Assembly: GCA_030704615.1 (NCBI GenBank)
Contig: CM060732.1
Span: 1,426,001-1,490,000, forward strand
Length of the DNA: 64,000 nt
Source of the DNA: Takakia lepidozioides
Lineage: Eukaryota; Plantae; Bryophyta
Direction of reading: 5' to 3'
Under the pieces are notes generated by a model. It was not told where the DNA came from, ran no database searches, and was given only the letters and a program-made list of their open reading frames with translations. This document shows, one piece after another, positions 23,431 through 38,000 of the stretch; within the stretch, counting starts at the first letter, position 1; each line of letters starts with the position of its first letter. A program made the position numbers and the translations under genes.

Positions 23431-26400
23431 AGGTTTCTTGTAGCTATCCTTCCACAGGGAATCATAGGTGATCTGGAGCTTGAAATCCGGCCGCTTCGAT
23501 GAATCTCTCTATCCCTGTTCTTTCATTCTAGAGCTTCTCCTAGAATCTGTTATCTGTTTTCAATACTTTCCTGTTGCCACATAGGCAGTAACATGTCAAA
23601 ATCACTTCAAAACCCCCGGTACCATAGATCCACCAAGAGCTAACTTGCAGAATTCAACATGAAAATTAGGGACAACTCTGATAACAGGGAAAACAGGCTG
23701 AAAAGTATTGAAGAAGGTGCCTCCGTTACTGCTGCCTGGTTCTATCAACCGAGTCTGATGGGAGGGAAAAACAGGCTGAAATAGGTCAAAGAAGAAGGTG
23801 CCCTCACCACATTGTCCTCGACCTTGTGTCATGACCCATGGAGGATTTGACTGACCATGAACCTAAGAGAACCTCTTGTGTGTGTTGCTTGTGTCTGTAG
23901 TTAGGTAATGTCTGATTGGTCTGTGGGAACCACCATGGTGCAGCTGAGCGGGCAGAAAATGAAGCACGGCCTGCTAAGACCAAGCTGACTCTTCCAAGAA
24001 CCTTGTAAACATTAGGAAAGATACCAAAGCACGATACTAACAGGAGCCAGAGCCCACATTTGCAGGATGGACAAACTTCTTTACATCGTACATTAAGAAA
24101 AAGCCACATCTTGCGATTGCGGTTGTCCCACCATTGTGAAGGATCTTTAAGAACTCATGCCAGCTCTACTCTGTGCCGCAAATTCAGGGCTGAGTCTGAT
24201 GAGAGCACAAAACAGGCTCAAATAGGTCGAAGAAGAAGGTGCCCTCACCACATTGTCCTCAACCTAAGACCAAGTTGACTCTCCCCAGAACGGCGAGCTC
24301 TCAGCCGACACCTAGTCCTCGCACACATACCCTAGCGTTTGTCGGGTTGCTTGCTTTTCAGATGCGAAGGTTGCTCCAACTGCGAGCCTCCCATGTTTGC
24401 CCTCCCTCCTGCTCGCTGCTCTAAGTCCCAGCCCTCTCTCTCTCCCTCCCGCTCGCTCGCTCTAAGTCCCAGCCCTCTATTCACAGCTACCGGGATGGGC
24501 AACTTTTTAAAAAAATTAACCTTTTGCAAACCCTACAAGCAACTTTTGCAAAAAAATTTAAACCTTTTGCACTTTGATCTTTAAACCTTTTGCACTCTGC
24601 AACAAGTTTTAAAGGTACCATGTACTAGCTCTATCATGTTTTCATTTTACAATGTTGAATGATTCATATTTATGTCCGTGCACTGATATGGCCACATTTA
24701 ATTTGACTCCCTTCATGAGGATTGTTAAGCTTGCATTGCATTCGGTCTACATTGCAAAGTGTGACGACCACCTCTTCATCTTTCCGAGGGCAGATTTCTG
24801 AAGTTCATGATTTATTCCATTTGCAGCGGAGTACTAACTAAACCCATACACCACAATCAGTGGAAATAATTGTATGGTCCCATTTCACACAGGTGTGTAA
24901 CATGCCATATAAACTAAGCCAACCCCTGCCACACTTATGGCTGTTTTCACACCGTTCTTGCCTGGGGTGTGGACCACATATGAGACACCCCACAGTTAGG
25001 GCATATTTAGACCCACACCTTGGCTCAGTCTACAGACCCATGATAAAAGCCGTGGAATGTGCCAGGTGTGAGATGACATACCCGTGGAAAAAGCCGGTTT
25101 CTCTTCTAGTGTAAAACAACCACTTCTTAGTTTCTCTTGAGCTACTCAATGCTCCTCAAGCTATCCTTGTTGTACTCCTTCTATGGTGTTTCTAACCTAA
25201 GCATGTGCTGCTCTTTGGCTTTTCTTTCACACCATGAACAACTAGAGCTTGCTCTTGAAACCCTAGTGTCTATCTTCTCCACACACAAGACGCTTCTCTT
25301 GTGATGCAAGAGCTCTTTTCCAAGCTCTCAAACCCTTGGTGCACAATAATGCTTCTACAAACCCTCAATGCATTCTTTTCACCATAGAAGCCATTTCCTT
25401 TGCAAATGGTTGTCACAACACTTGAGATACAAGAGATGACGCTCCTTCTTCTAGCTCTCATCTCAAACTTTCAAACATTTTGCTTTCGCGCACATAATGC
25501 TTTCTCCTTGCAACACTTGCAAAGTCTTGTAACTCAAGAGCTCTCCACCTCCTTGATGCAATGCAAAAACACTCTCCCTTGCAACACCTTGCAAGCCTTG
25601 TAAGATATTTGAGTTTTCCCTAGCTCTCTTACTCCTTGGTGTACACCAACACAAGTGCAAAACTAATCCTTACACTCCGCACTCATAAGCATAAGGTCAT
25701 CTTTTTGTAGTGATAATGAAAGTGAACATAATGGAAACACACCACTCATGAACCACTCAATCACATAAACTAAGTCAAGCCAATGGCACCCTTGCTAAGG
25801 GAATCCACACTACAAAGCCCTCACCACACTCCCTCTCAATACCTAGAGCTATGGAGGTGAGAGAGGCTCATGGAGGCTCAACTACAAGAAGATGAGCCTC
25901 CTCAGTCCTCACAAGGGGAAAACCTATCCCCATGTCCCAAGTGAGGCTCGACACCTCACTTGGCAAGTGAGACCAAATGAAGTCCCAACACACAAAATAT
26001 AAATATAAATATCTAAAATGTCCTAGCTAACTAGAAGTAGGTAATTCTAGATAACCATGACTAAAACCATGACATTTTTTTTTAACAAAATAATTTTAAA
26101 AAAAAAACTTTCATGGATGACAATGGATGGAAATGATTCCTGAAGATAAAGCGTGCAGGTAAGGGAGAAGCACATGCGGTAATTCACAGCGCCCTAAAAT
26201 AATAAAAACTCTACTCCGTAGAATTTTTTAAAGTGCCAGGCGGCTGGAAATCCATGTCCAATGCTGCCCACATGGGAGGCCAAATGGGCAATTTTGAAAT
26301 AACATCTAGGGCTAAAAATTTATCGTAAAGAATTGGGGCTGATTTCGCTTCGTTAATATCGTTTTGTTATACAGCGTAATAGCTAGCCACGAGTACGAGG

Positions 26401-26646
26401 GCAATACAAAGAAATATAATGCACAGTGCTGATTACAATCTGTGTAATGCACACCTCCAACATTTTCTTATATTCTACCTCCAAGATCTGTTCATTCACT
26501 AGTCCCATTTCTTTTACCATAAAAAAAAACGATGAAAAGAAAAAGAACTTATCCCATTTTTTTATACAGAGAAAGACCCTCATGTCAGGCGCCCTTTGAA
26601 TTTTATGCCCTAGGGCACCATGTAGTGTCAGTGTGCACTTATTTAT

Positions 26647-27220
26647 GCTTCTCATTGTTGAATAATTGGGAGTTTAAGGCTCACGTGTGAGCCAGGCAGC
26701 GGGCCCCATGCACGGAGTCGGGCGCCCCTGGGTGGCCCCGCCGCGACCCATGACCTGGCCCGGGTGGGTTTGCCGCGAGGTAGGGTAACCCTAGGCGGCA
26801 TTGGGGCTGACTGCGGCTGTTTTCTAGGTTAAAAGGTAAAAAAAATATTGGGTTAATAGCAAGTAGTGGGTAGTGTGGTGGTTGGGTGCATTGAGTGGAA
26901 CCTACGAGATTGTGGGATCAACTCTGGCTTTGCCAAATGTGCATTAATGATGGTTCCGGCTGGCACTGCATGTGTATTATTGACCTTTGACCTTCTTTTT
27001 ACGGACGAGTTTTCCCCCAAAAATTCCAAAGTCCTGCGGGCGAGCTGCCGCGCGACGAGCAGACCCTACCCTCGAGAAGACCCGACCTGACCTGTCAGCA
27101 GATCCTGAGCAGACCCGGACCCGCCGGGCGGTCGTGGGGCGCCTGACATCCGTGCGTGCTTGGCCCGCTGCTTGGCTCACACTTGAGCCTTAAACTCCCA
27201 ATTATTCAAAAATGAGAGGC
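26647..27220. mobile_element. Mutator-type MITE (574 bp, ~80-bp TIRs, 9-bp TSD CTTATTTAT)
   Basis: GCTTCTCATTGTTGAATAATTGGGAGTTTAAGGCTCA... is inverted at the right end; CTTATTTAT at 26638-26646 and 27221-27229. Confidence 0.93.
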
Positions 27221-29079
27221 CTTATTTATCAGAGGAATTAGAAAATAAATATCACCTCATGGGTGTAGTTGGGAAAGAAGCCAAACATAAAATTTACCCT
27301 CACCCCCTCCCCCCGACACCAAATTTCACATACAAAGCAGCCTATCTCACTTTTTGGATATGCTTTTTGGGGGAGATGTGCCATCAGATTATGGAGGGCA
27401 TATGCCTCAGAAAATTCAACTTGATACTTGAATTTAGTGGTCAAACCATTTTTTCCATGCAATCTTAAAATATATTTACAAATTGAGGCAGATTATTTTG
27501 TCAAATGCAATGGTCAAATTAATTGATTACACTTTTCACAGGATATGGATGTAGTAGATATGCACGTAAGATCCGTATGGACGATTGGAGGTAAAAAGTA
27601 ACACCCTTATCCATGAGCGTATGCACTATTTATTTAGTGGGCCCATCAAAATGGTGCTCTTTTGTTTGTTTGTTTTTTTCGCTCATTGTTTAAGGATTAA
27701 ATATCATCATCCACATTAGTGTTGTCTTATATAGTCTGTATTGGAGGGTAGAGCCATTACGCGCTCGGGCGCTTGTTTCGAGTGGTTACAAGATTCTACC
27801 CGTCTCTCCTCCTCTTTCCACGTGAATATAGGTGGAGGACTGAGAGCATATGCCTTCGATCTTCCGCAGATCGTTGTTGTCTCTCCTCGGAGATCTCTTG
27901 TGATGCACGTTAGGAGGTAGAAAGATGTGGTGTAATTTGTACTTGGAAAGCTTCTCCACTGCATAATACCTGCAGATGAGCTACGGGGCCACGGAGAAAC
28001 AAGAGTGATATCTTGCCAGTGCTCACTAAGATGAACCTACGAGCTTTTGTGCGAGAGGAAAGAATAGAGGTAGGTCTGACTGATTTTCAATCAGTCCACT
28101 GCTCAGAGTTGGGTGTGGAGGATTGCTAAGATCCCAAAGCCTGAGCATGTTGTACGAATTTTAAAGCGAGACTCTGCCGCAGAGACTGAGTTGTGGGAGA
28201 TCTGCAGGTGAGCTTGCTCGACTGTATCCGAGGCTTTCAGGTTCGTTAAGCTGTTACCTTCAAACGAATAAAGGGCCTCTCTTCTAAGCTGTCGGGGTGG
28301 GAGCTTAGTCAAGACTTCTTCAGCAGTACAGTAGAGTCTAAGTATGTGTGGTACAGCGAGGGGGAGGGGTGAAAGAGTGAAGGATAAGTTCAAATAGTTT
28401 TCTCGGGCTTGCCGAGCTCATTCATTTGTAATCGAACTGGCCCCTCCTTACGTGAGGTTGAAACCTCAGTTGATTTATCCAATTCTAAACCAACATATAT
28501 AGACTAACTTTTCCCCGTTCCTCTTCGATCTTTCTTTGTTTTACAACTTTACTTTTGATCAAACACCTTCATAGATATTATTTAAGTACTCCCTCATTCG
28601 TCCTCACTTAACTCTAATTCTCCTTCTGTCTTTCATTCTCTTCCCAACAACAACTATCGATCAAGTTGTGTAAGATGTAATGCCTCATGCAGCTGCCAAG
28701 AGTTCTGATCGTTGTAGTGGAACACCTCTGTAAGGGACTGGCTATCTTGGTGTAGGCAATAGTATCTCCCCTGGATCTCATAGTAGAAAGGGCAGTGAAA
28801 GAAGAAATGCTCTTCAGTTTCAAATTCCCTCCTTTCGTCTCTAACGGAAGCGTTCGATTACTGAGGACTCAGGATTACAAGTTTTGTGCACAGAACTTTT
28901 TTAGGATCTCGAAACACTTTCGAAAGGGAATGGTACAAGCGGGTGGAACTCTAGAGCCTGAATGTCGATAGCCCTTAGAAATCCTTGCGATATCGGCGAG
29001 GATAAGAGACATCGGATACTATCAGTCTGCTCCTTGGTTTGAGTGTCGTGAAGGATTGTGACTCCAGCAGCAGGGAGCG

Positions 29080-32000
29080 ATGGGACATCCCGTGGATGCT
29101 GAAGATGTGGAAGTTGTGCTGCTTTCCGGTCAGGTACTGCTCATGATTTTTCCACGAGTGTGAAAATGGCCATCAACCTCATAGTAAATCACTTTCTGAA
29201 TTCTTGTTTCTCAGAGATCGGAAGAGTCAGTAAGTAGATGGATTATAAATTGCAGTTCACTGGGGGGAGTTTCTGAAGTCAGGAACGAGGGGGGTAGACA
29301 ACAGAGAGGAAATGATCATGTGGATGACCAAGCATATGTTAAATCTATTCAAGCATAACAGAACACTTTTCCTTGAGTAATACAAACTAGGCTGGTGGTG
29401 CCAGAGGATAACAGCGATGTCATGGGTTGATCCTAAACAGTACTCAAACAGTCATAAGTGGCCTTGGTCCAGTTCTGTCAAGTTTGTGATATTGCCTCTT
29501 GTGAAAGATGGATAGCCAATCTAACCTTCTTCATACTCACACAAGCATGTCCAAATCCTTTGAAGGAATCAATCGAACTCATTTTTGGGACCTCTTGAAC
29601 GTGTGTGCTGAGCACAACTGTTTTGGAGCTACTATGCATGAGTGGTATTATGGCAGATAGGTCTCTGCTGTTTTTAGGGTGTGAAGGAGTCTTGGGTCTT
29701 TTATTCCATCTGTTCTTGCCTACCCTGCATGTGTCCAGAGACCAATCAAGCAGTACGGATGTGTTCTGCCTCTGTGTCTCTCAAACATATAAAGTGCATT
29801 TCCACATGCATTTCAGTATTGCCAGTGCTGTCCTGACGTCAGATAGGAGTATCTTTCCAGAATTGCTTCGAAAGACAATTAGATATTCCATTGTCTATGG
29901 GGTTTGCCTAGCAAGACAAGGGTAATAGTTTGAGTCTCCACAACCGTACTTGTGGAGACTCAAACTTGTGTCTTATGATGTGGAAATAATGTCATACTCA
30001 CACACTTTAATGTGTGCAGGTCAACTTAACATCAAGCAAGGCAAGATGTTGTGCCTGGGTGATTTTTGGGGCAGCTGTTGTAGGTTTGTGCATGTTCTCA
30101 GCCCTTGCGCTGACTTTCCACTCAGAAGAGAGGCGGGTGTTGTGTGGAAGGAGGTCACTGGACATGCTTTGCAATGCACACACAAGGTTGCAGCCAAAAG
30201 CCCCAGTGAAGTTTCTGGTTGTGGGTGACTGGGGTCGAAATGGGAAGTACAACCAGACATTTGTGGCGGAGCAGGTGCAGACTTCCAACTTTCAGCATAT
30301 TGAAGAACTGGGACACAGCCTTGGTTTGTAGAAGGTCCAGAGAATGGTATGGGAAAGAAAGAAGAAACTTAAAAAGGTGTTAGCAGAACGCCCTGAGGGA
30401 AAGAGGCTGAAAGTGGGAATATGTCAGGCTAATGTGGCCAACCTATAGCATGTCAATATGTCCCAATTGTGAATGTATCGACGATGCTTGCATCATCCTG
30501 ATTTGCTACTGTGTACTTAAGACGCTTGGTGGACATGGGAGCCTCACATCCATGCTTGACCACTGAGCAAGCTCTTAAAAGTTCGATTGCTGAAAAAGGA
30601 TCTTTTGACTTGAAAGTGGACGACTTGTTTAAATTTCTTCACTGAATTCATGCTCATGGTAACAGATGGGCAAAGTGGGAGCACAATTGGACATCAATTT
30701 TGTCATATCCACAGGGGACAATTTCTATGATTCTGGTTTGACAGGCCCTGACGATAATGAATTTACTGAATCCTTCTCCAACATATACACTCAACCGAGC
30801 TTGCAAAAGACTTGGTACACAGGTATTATCACTCCTCTATTGTAGTCTAATGATTTTCAATGGGTGAGGTCTAAATCTGATCCATTCATCTGAAGCAGCG
30901 TGCAAGTAGTCTTGGACTCCCCAGCATAGAGCCTGTGCAGCATCAAAGAGATGGACAGATGGGCAAGCTTGGGTATTAAGAGCAAGCTAAGGAGCACTTA
31001 GTTGTCATTTCTGCTCCTTTTCTACTTGATACATGTTTTCAAAGGAAAGTTTCCCACTGCATCTGGTCACGAAGGAGACATTCTCTTGTCTTAGTAGATG
31101 ATAGTCTGTTGCATTTATAATTTGCCTGACAATGTGTTTTTACATCAATGGTGCAGTTCTGGGAAATCACGATTATCGTGGCAATGTGGAAGCTGAATTG
31201 GACGAAAAGATGACTGTCCGTGACTCTCGCTGGTTCTGCCACAGTAAATTTCAAATTACTCGCGAGCTTTCACCTCAAGGTATAGATGTTATCAGTTGTA
31301 GCTGCTTGATAATTTAGCACTCACCATGTGACTGATTACAATTCTTCTCAGCTACCCACTCCTTGGTTTCTTTGCAGGCTAAATTCACCAACATACTTTT
31401 ACTTGATGGATCGACTATTTGGTATATTGCCACTGTCTTCATTATCCCAAGCTTCAAAGGCACTAGTTTGTTTGTGTGCTATGTGTCCATGAACAGGGGA
31501 AGCAAGTCATGTGGAGTTCTTCTTCATTGACACCAACCCGTTCAAGGAATCGTATTGGACTGAGGAGGACAACAAGTATACATGGCAATTACAGATTCCC
31601 CGAGAAGAGTACATAGCCGACCAGCTTCAGGTACCTTCGAATTTCTGACTCTTTCATATGACAGGTACTTAGCCCAAGGAGGTTTTGCTAGGTTGCCCAA
31701 TTGATTTGGGCGATAGGAAAGAGGGATTACAAATTAAGTCCATGTGGGTTGTACACTGCAGAATCTCACAAATGCGCTGGAGGCGTCCAAGGCTAGGTGG
31801 AAAATAGTGGTTGGTCACCATACAATGCGCAGTATAGGCAATCATTGCGATACAGATGAGCTTATTGCACGTGTCCTTCCCATCCTGGAGGTTTGAGCCT
31901 TTTTCCTGGTTATTCTCTTTGGGATTAGAAAAACCAGAAAGGACATGGCAAACCCACCACAGTATTGCCCCCCCTTGGAAGTGCCATCTACATCACAAAA

Positions 32001-35000
32001 CATTCTTAGAGGTAGGCTATGTTAGCCAGTCTTGCAGCTTCAAATTCATTCTTGGAGGAGGTTGTAGACGTGTTAGACTGCCTATATGTAGGCATCCGAA
32101 TGTGGGCTGGTGTGTTTGAATCCATGTCCAGTACCGTTTTCAGGGACGGCATTGAAACTTATAATTGAGCAGTCATTTTCTTTTCCTTCTCTGCCCAATT
32201 AAGTGATTGTGCATGTTCCTTTAGTGCATGAATCCTTCTAAACCATCAGACCACTCAAATCTCTCAGAATGCATTGGGCACTGGTGAATACCAATAATGG
32301 CAGCTGTGTGGGGTGAATTCAGGCAAATGGTGTGGATGTGTACATTAATGGCCATGATCACTGCTTACAGCACATCAAGCGCTCTGACAGGTATTGTTTC
32401 GTTCCATTCTGATGTTAGCACAAGTGCTCTACAATCTAACATTTCACATAAGCTTAATTGAGTGATAAACCGTTGCCAGTTAGGCCAAGATGCAATGGGT
32501 TAAGATCTAAACTGTCTTGGTGCAATATCTTGACAGATATGGTTAGATTCTTTTGCTCTCCCTCAGTGTCCCATCTTGGTCACTGTAACGGGACAGTTCT
32601 TGACAGTATTTCTGTGGCCTGTAGATATAAAGTAGGCTTACACTTCTAAGCTTAATATGCCGTCTTTCTTTCTTTCTCTCTCTCTCTGTCTCTCCGGCCA
32701 CAAGGCTACGGCAAACAACGTCTTATGAGTACAATCTCTCTGTCTCTCCCTGTCCTCTAGGAAGCCTATTGAAATTGGGTGGACTTGAAACGGGAGTACA
32801 TTAATGTCTCTGTGACTAAATGCCGGCCTTGTGACCTCGTGTTCTTGTTTCGACCTGAAGCGCTTTGCTTCAGGTAAGGTAGTGCATTGGATTTAGTTGG
32901 AAAGCTTGGGGCCTTTCCCTCTTTAGAATATGCCTACACGGGCCATTCCCTGCAACTCCCTGGAGTGTGATCTCTGAATGGTAACAAGCGGACTCCTACC
33001 GCTTGGGGGCAGCCCCTCCACCCAAATTGGGCAGTCGTATGCTCTGTCTAGCATACTCGGCACTTGGGCTCGGGTTGGTTCCTGTGCTTAAACTTATGGC
33101 CTGCGAAAACAATCAAAAATTTAACTCCTATCAACATCAACACTCCTCAGGGTGATCCCTGGGAATTGGTTACTTATGCCAAATCTAGGGCTTCATGTGT
33201 AGTTTTTGGGGTGAATCCCAGGATGGACGATGTGTCCTTTAAAACTACATGCTCTAGCTTAGGCTTGGATTTCATGGCTAATGGTACCATCTCGAGACTT
33301 GATAACAGGGGTACGTTGAAGGTTGCAATGACCAAAAGTGCTTCTAATAGAGTCCCGCATCAATTCAATCTCAAAGAAGTTCGTCCCTTGACTGCCTGGA
33401 GAGCGGTCTTAGACATTGGTGATTCAATGGGGCACTCTAGGAAGACAACCAAGGGCAACAACTTCAACTTGAGAGTTTCTAATCGGTTTGATGCTCTGGA
33501 TGAGGTTGAATCCAAACAGCCAGAAGGACAAGATGCCCCTAAGGGTACGGAACCTGAACGTCCTGAATCTGAAGGATTTGGTACTCTGAATGGTTTACCA
33601 ATCCTCAAGGTTTACACAAGACGAACAAATTCTATACACGGGGTAATTGTCCCCAAGCCGTCAGATGGACAATCTGTCCCCAAGTGTGCAGAGCCTGAAC
33701 GTTGTGTAACTGAAGGATTTGGTACCCTGAATGGTTTACCAATCCTCAAAGTCTACACAAGACGAGCAAAATCTATACACGGGGTAATTGTCCCCAAGCA
33801 GTCTGACGGACAATCTGCCCCTATGTGTGTGGAGCCTGTTCGTCGTGTAACTGAAAGATTTGGTACCCTGAATGGTTTACCAATTCTCAAAGTTTACACA
33901 AGACGAGCAAAATCTACACATGGGGTAACTGTCCCCCCTTTGCAGAACGGTTGGCCGTCCAGGAGCAATCACAAGCTACCTAGACGACAAACAATTCACA
34001 TGCAAAGGGCTGGCTTGCGGCTGGCCACTTTCAACTTCTCAGGGTTGACCAACCAGGGACAAGTTCTTCGGACTAATGATATTCATATCTGTGCTGGGCA
34101 AGAAACATGGGAAACGTTGGATAAACTGGTTGGAGATGTCAATGGTTATAAATGGGCAGGTAAGATGTGTACTCTCAAGGCAGCCTCTGCCAAACGCGGT
34201 CAAAAAGGGGTTGGATTCTTTGTCCGTGATTTCTTGTTTGACAATTGTGAAATTATCAACAAGGGTTTGAGGTACGAGCATAGTATCTGGCTAAAACTGA
34301 ATCTGAAGGGCGGCATGAGTACAAAGGACCTCTTTGTTGGTTGTGTTTACATGCCCACAGAGGGGACCCTTAGTGCTGACGCAGACAAGGCCTTCGAAGA
34401 TGTAAAGCTGGACTGTGCTTCGTTCCTTGCCAAAGGTCAGGTGGTACTATTGGGGGACTTCAATGCCCGGGTGGGCAAAGGGATCCATCAGGACGATATC
34501 ATTGGCACTTTCGGTGAGGACGACCTGAATCTAATGGCAGACGGTTAATTAACTGTCTAGAAGAGCTTCAGCTTTTGACCTTGAATAACAGGACAAGAGG
34601 TGACCAAGTGCAGTGGACTCGTGAGAAATCCCAAACTGGGGAACGTTCCATTGTGGACTATATCATAATGGACAAAATTTTGTTCCCCCAGTGTGCCAAT
34701 GTGTTGATCGACAGAACTGATATTGGTACCTCTGACCACTTCCTGGTTTGGACTGAGATCAAAAGGTGTTTTCCCACCACGAAGAGATCTGTGAAACGTT
34801 CGATTCGGAAGTGGCGCATAGAAAAATTCCACAATGAGGAGGTCAAGGCTGAGTACGTCCAGGCCTTGCAAGAGGTTCTCCCTCATTTTGTCCAATCGCT
34901 CCAAGAACTTCAGTCACGCTCTGTTAACGCAAGAAATGAAGTCGAAAGAGCAGTGGACTCTTGGGAGAGTTTCGTTTCCTCCGTGGCTGACAAGATCATT

Positions 35001-38000
35001 GGGAGGAAACTAATTGTCTGCGGTAGAGCAGTTAATTGGTGGACTAATGAGATTAAACTCAAGATAGCTGAGAGACGAGCCCTCTATAAAGATTGTACTC
35101 ATAAGACGTTGTTTGCCGTAGCCTTGTGGCCATTGACCCCGCGCCCAGTTTGAGCGGGAACAAAAGGGACAGAACCTACCTCTGTCAGGGGCTGACGTTG
35201 GTAGTAAGACTTACCTCCATATATAGAATTAATCCGGGTTTTCCAGATATCCTCTAGAAATCCCTTCACACAAGCATCAATCTGCTGTGTGTGATTTGCC
35301 CAAAAACTAGGCCTCAGGAGGGCCTGGGCTTTTGGCTCAGCCTCGAGACTTTCAAAGTTGGTAAACAGGGGTACAGGCACAATTCCCTTAATAGATTTGA
35401 AGAGAGCGTCTCTTTGGTGAGAGAACCCCGGACAGTGTATCAGAAAATGAATACTGTCTTCAGATTGCCCACACAACAGGCAATTGCACTCTCCCTTTCC
35501 TCTCTGCTTCTGTTTGCTGTTCAAAGGTAGGCTTCCTGCCCTGAGTTTAAATTTCAGTCTAGTGCCGAGAGTGGGTAGACCCTTGAGGTCATCCAAGATG
35601 TCCTCCCCCATGTCACAGACTGGAAACAAGTTCAGGGAAGTTTTCTGCCTAACTTCTTTTTCATCAGACAATCTCATGGCAACAGACATGGCTGAGGACA
35701 CTACAGCCTCCAAGTCAGATTTATCCAGCAGGGTCAAGACTTGCGGATCCAGGTCCAGGTCCTTGAGGATCTCTTCTACTCTCTTCTGCCAGGACTTAGC
35801 CTGTTTGACAGGGCGGTCCTGTTTCCAAGATATAGAGTCGATTAACTTAGGATATCTGGTGTTGGGCATATGTTGCAGCTGACCCCACCATCTGACCTTG
35901 AATTCATCTCGTCGGGAGCTTAAGGACGGAATGCCAAACTCACCCCGAACAGCCACATTGGCTGTTTTGGAGCATGCTGACATACACTCCTTAAGCACCC
36001 CCACTTGAATGGATTCTAGAGACTTAGCCTGGTTGGAGTTATCAACCCGTATAGCAGATCCGTACTCCAAGGCAGGTCTAATAACGCGACAAAGCATGGT
36101 TTTCTTAACCTCAGAGTTGACCCCTCTGCAGTGGAAAAATTTAGTGAGCCCCAGAGCTTTGCCCTTGCCAGTTTGAACAACTTTCCGGATATGTGCATCC
36201 CAATTACAATTGGAGGAAAACTCAACGCCCAGGTAAGTGTAGGAAGGGAGGACCGGGATCTCTTGGCTACCCCACTGCCACTTAAGATCACTTCCTCCCT
36301 CTCCTCTGTCGTTGAATGCTACCACTGCACATTTGCTGACATTAGCCTCTAGCCCCCAAAGATCAAAGTATCTCTTCCCGCAATCAATCAACTCCTGGAG
36401 ATTGGTTGGAGTCTCCCCTATGCCTGCGAAGTCATCCGCAAACATAAGGGCTGGTATGGTGGTATCACCCACCCTTAACCCAAATCCCTCACTTTCCACA
36501 TCCTCGAGGAGTTGATTGATGAAAACATTGAAGAGCAGAGGGGAGAGAGTACATCCTTGAGCTACACCTTGGTCTATGTCAAAGAAGTTGGACTTCTGTC
36601 CGTTAACAGTGACACAGCTTTTGGTGTGAGCGTACAAGTTGTGGACAACTCTCCACATCTTTCCCTTGATCCCACAAGACCAGAGGCGGAACCATAGGCC
36701 ATCTCTCCACACTGTGTCATAAGCCTTTTTGACATCCAGGAAAAAAGACATAAGTGGGTTTCCCTTCTTTTTTCCTTCCCTGGATAATCTGGCTTAGAGT
36801 GAAGATATGATCCACACAGCCCCTGTTTCGCCGAAAGCCAGCTTGGCCTTCGTGGAAACAACCTCTAGACTCCAGATCAACCTCGAGACGAGTACTTATA
36901 ACTCTGCAGAATGTCTTGCCAACAGTAATGACCCCCTGTCGCCAGCAAAAGGGGATCATTTCAGTCTTCCAGATAAGGTTAAAGAGGAGAACTAGGGCCT
37001 CTATCATGGGATCGCCACCGTGCTTGATAAGCTCGTTTACAATTCCATCAGGTCCACCAGCTTTATATCCATTTAAATGTTCAATTGCTTCCACAATCTC
37101 AGAAGAACTAATGGGAGCATTATAAGCCATTGAAACATACTCCAGTTCATCAGGGCTGTTTTGAATCATAGGAACAGTTTTTCCAACTGTGTCCCTCCAT
37201 TCAGCAGAAGACCCCTCACTGTTAGACCTAGAAGTTCTGCCAAGGATACTGTAGTGAGTTTCAAAGGTTTTGACAATGTCAACCGATGTAGTCACCACTG
37301 CACCTTTAGTAGTCTTCAGCGCTTGTACTTGCTGACGGTTTTTCGGCTTGTACAAACGTTGAAGGGCCAACCAGAATTTCTTGTCATTACCACCATGGTG
37401 GTTTGAGTTTATTTCACTGTATAACTTGTCCCAGTATAATTTCTTCTGAGACCTAACAAGCTGATTGATATCTTTACGGAGCTGGTAGTACCTCGCCCAC
37501 AATTCTCTGTTGGTTTCCAAATTGCAGCACTCTTTATAGAGGGCTTGTCTCTCAGTTATCTTGAGTTTAATCTCATTAGTCCACCAATTAACTGCTCTAC
37601 CGCAGACAATTAGTTTCCTCCCAATGATCTTGTCAGCCACGGAGGAAACGAAACTCTCCCAAGAGTCCACTGCTCTTTCGACTTCATTTCTTGCGTTAAC
37701 AGAGCGTGACTGAAGTTCTTGGAGCGATTGGACAAAATGAGGGAGAACCTCTTGCAAGGCCTGGACGTACTCAGCCTTGACCTCCTCATTGTGGAATTTT
37801 TCTATGCGCCACTTCCGAATCGAACGTTTCACAGATCTCTTCGTGGTGGGAAAACACCTTTTGATCTCAGTCCAAACCAGAAAGTGGTCAGAGGTACCAA
37901 TATCAGTTCTGTCGATCAACACATTGGCACACTGGGGGAACAAAATTTTGTCCATTATGATATAGTCCACAATGGAACGTTCCCAAGTTTGGGGTTTCTC

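Noticed and set aside
23680-24270. Short direct repeats AAAACAGGCT...GAAGAAGGTGCC (3 copies)
   Set aside because: Probably local duplications upstream of the PPR pseudogene; no function supportable.
25112-26060. Strand-biased, degenerate coding-like tract and CACTAC motifs at ~25712 and ~25808
   Set aside because: Likely an old TE remnant, but no recognisable domain; the two CACTAC motifs face outward and cannot bound an element.
27700-29000. Possible decayed coding sequence upstream of the phosphatase
   Set aside because: Only short ORFs, no motif I can identify.
32750-33063. HDV-like or hammerhead ribozyme in the LINE 5' region
   Set aside because: Hairpins exist (32853-32875, 32985-33005) but I could not fit the nested pseudoknot or the CUGANGA/GAAA core; needs an Infernal/RNArobo search.
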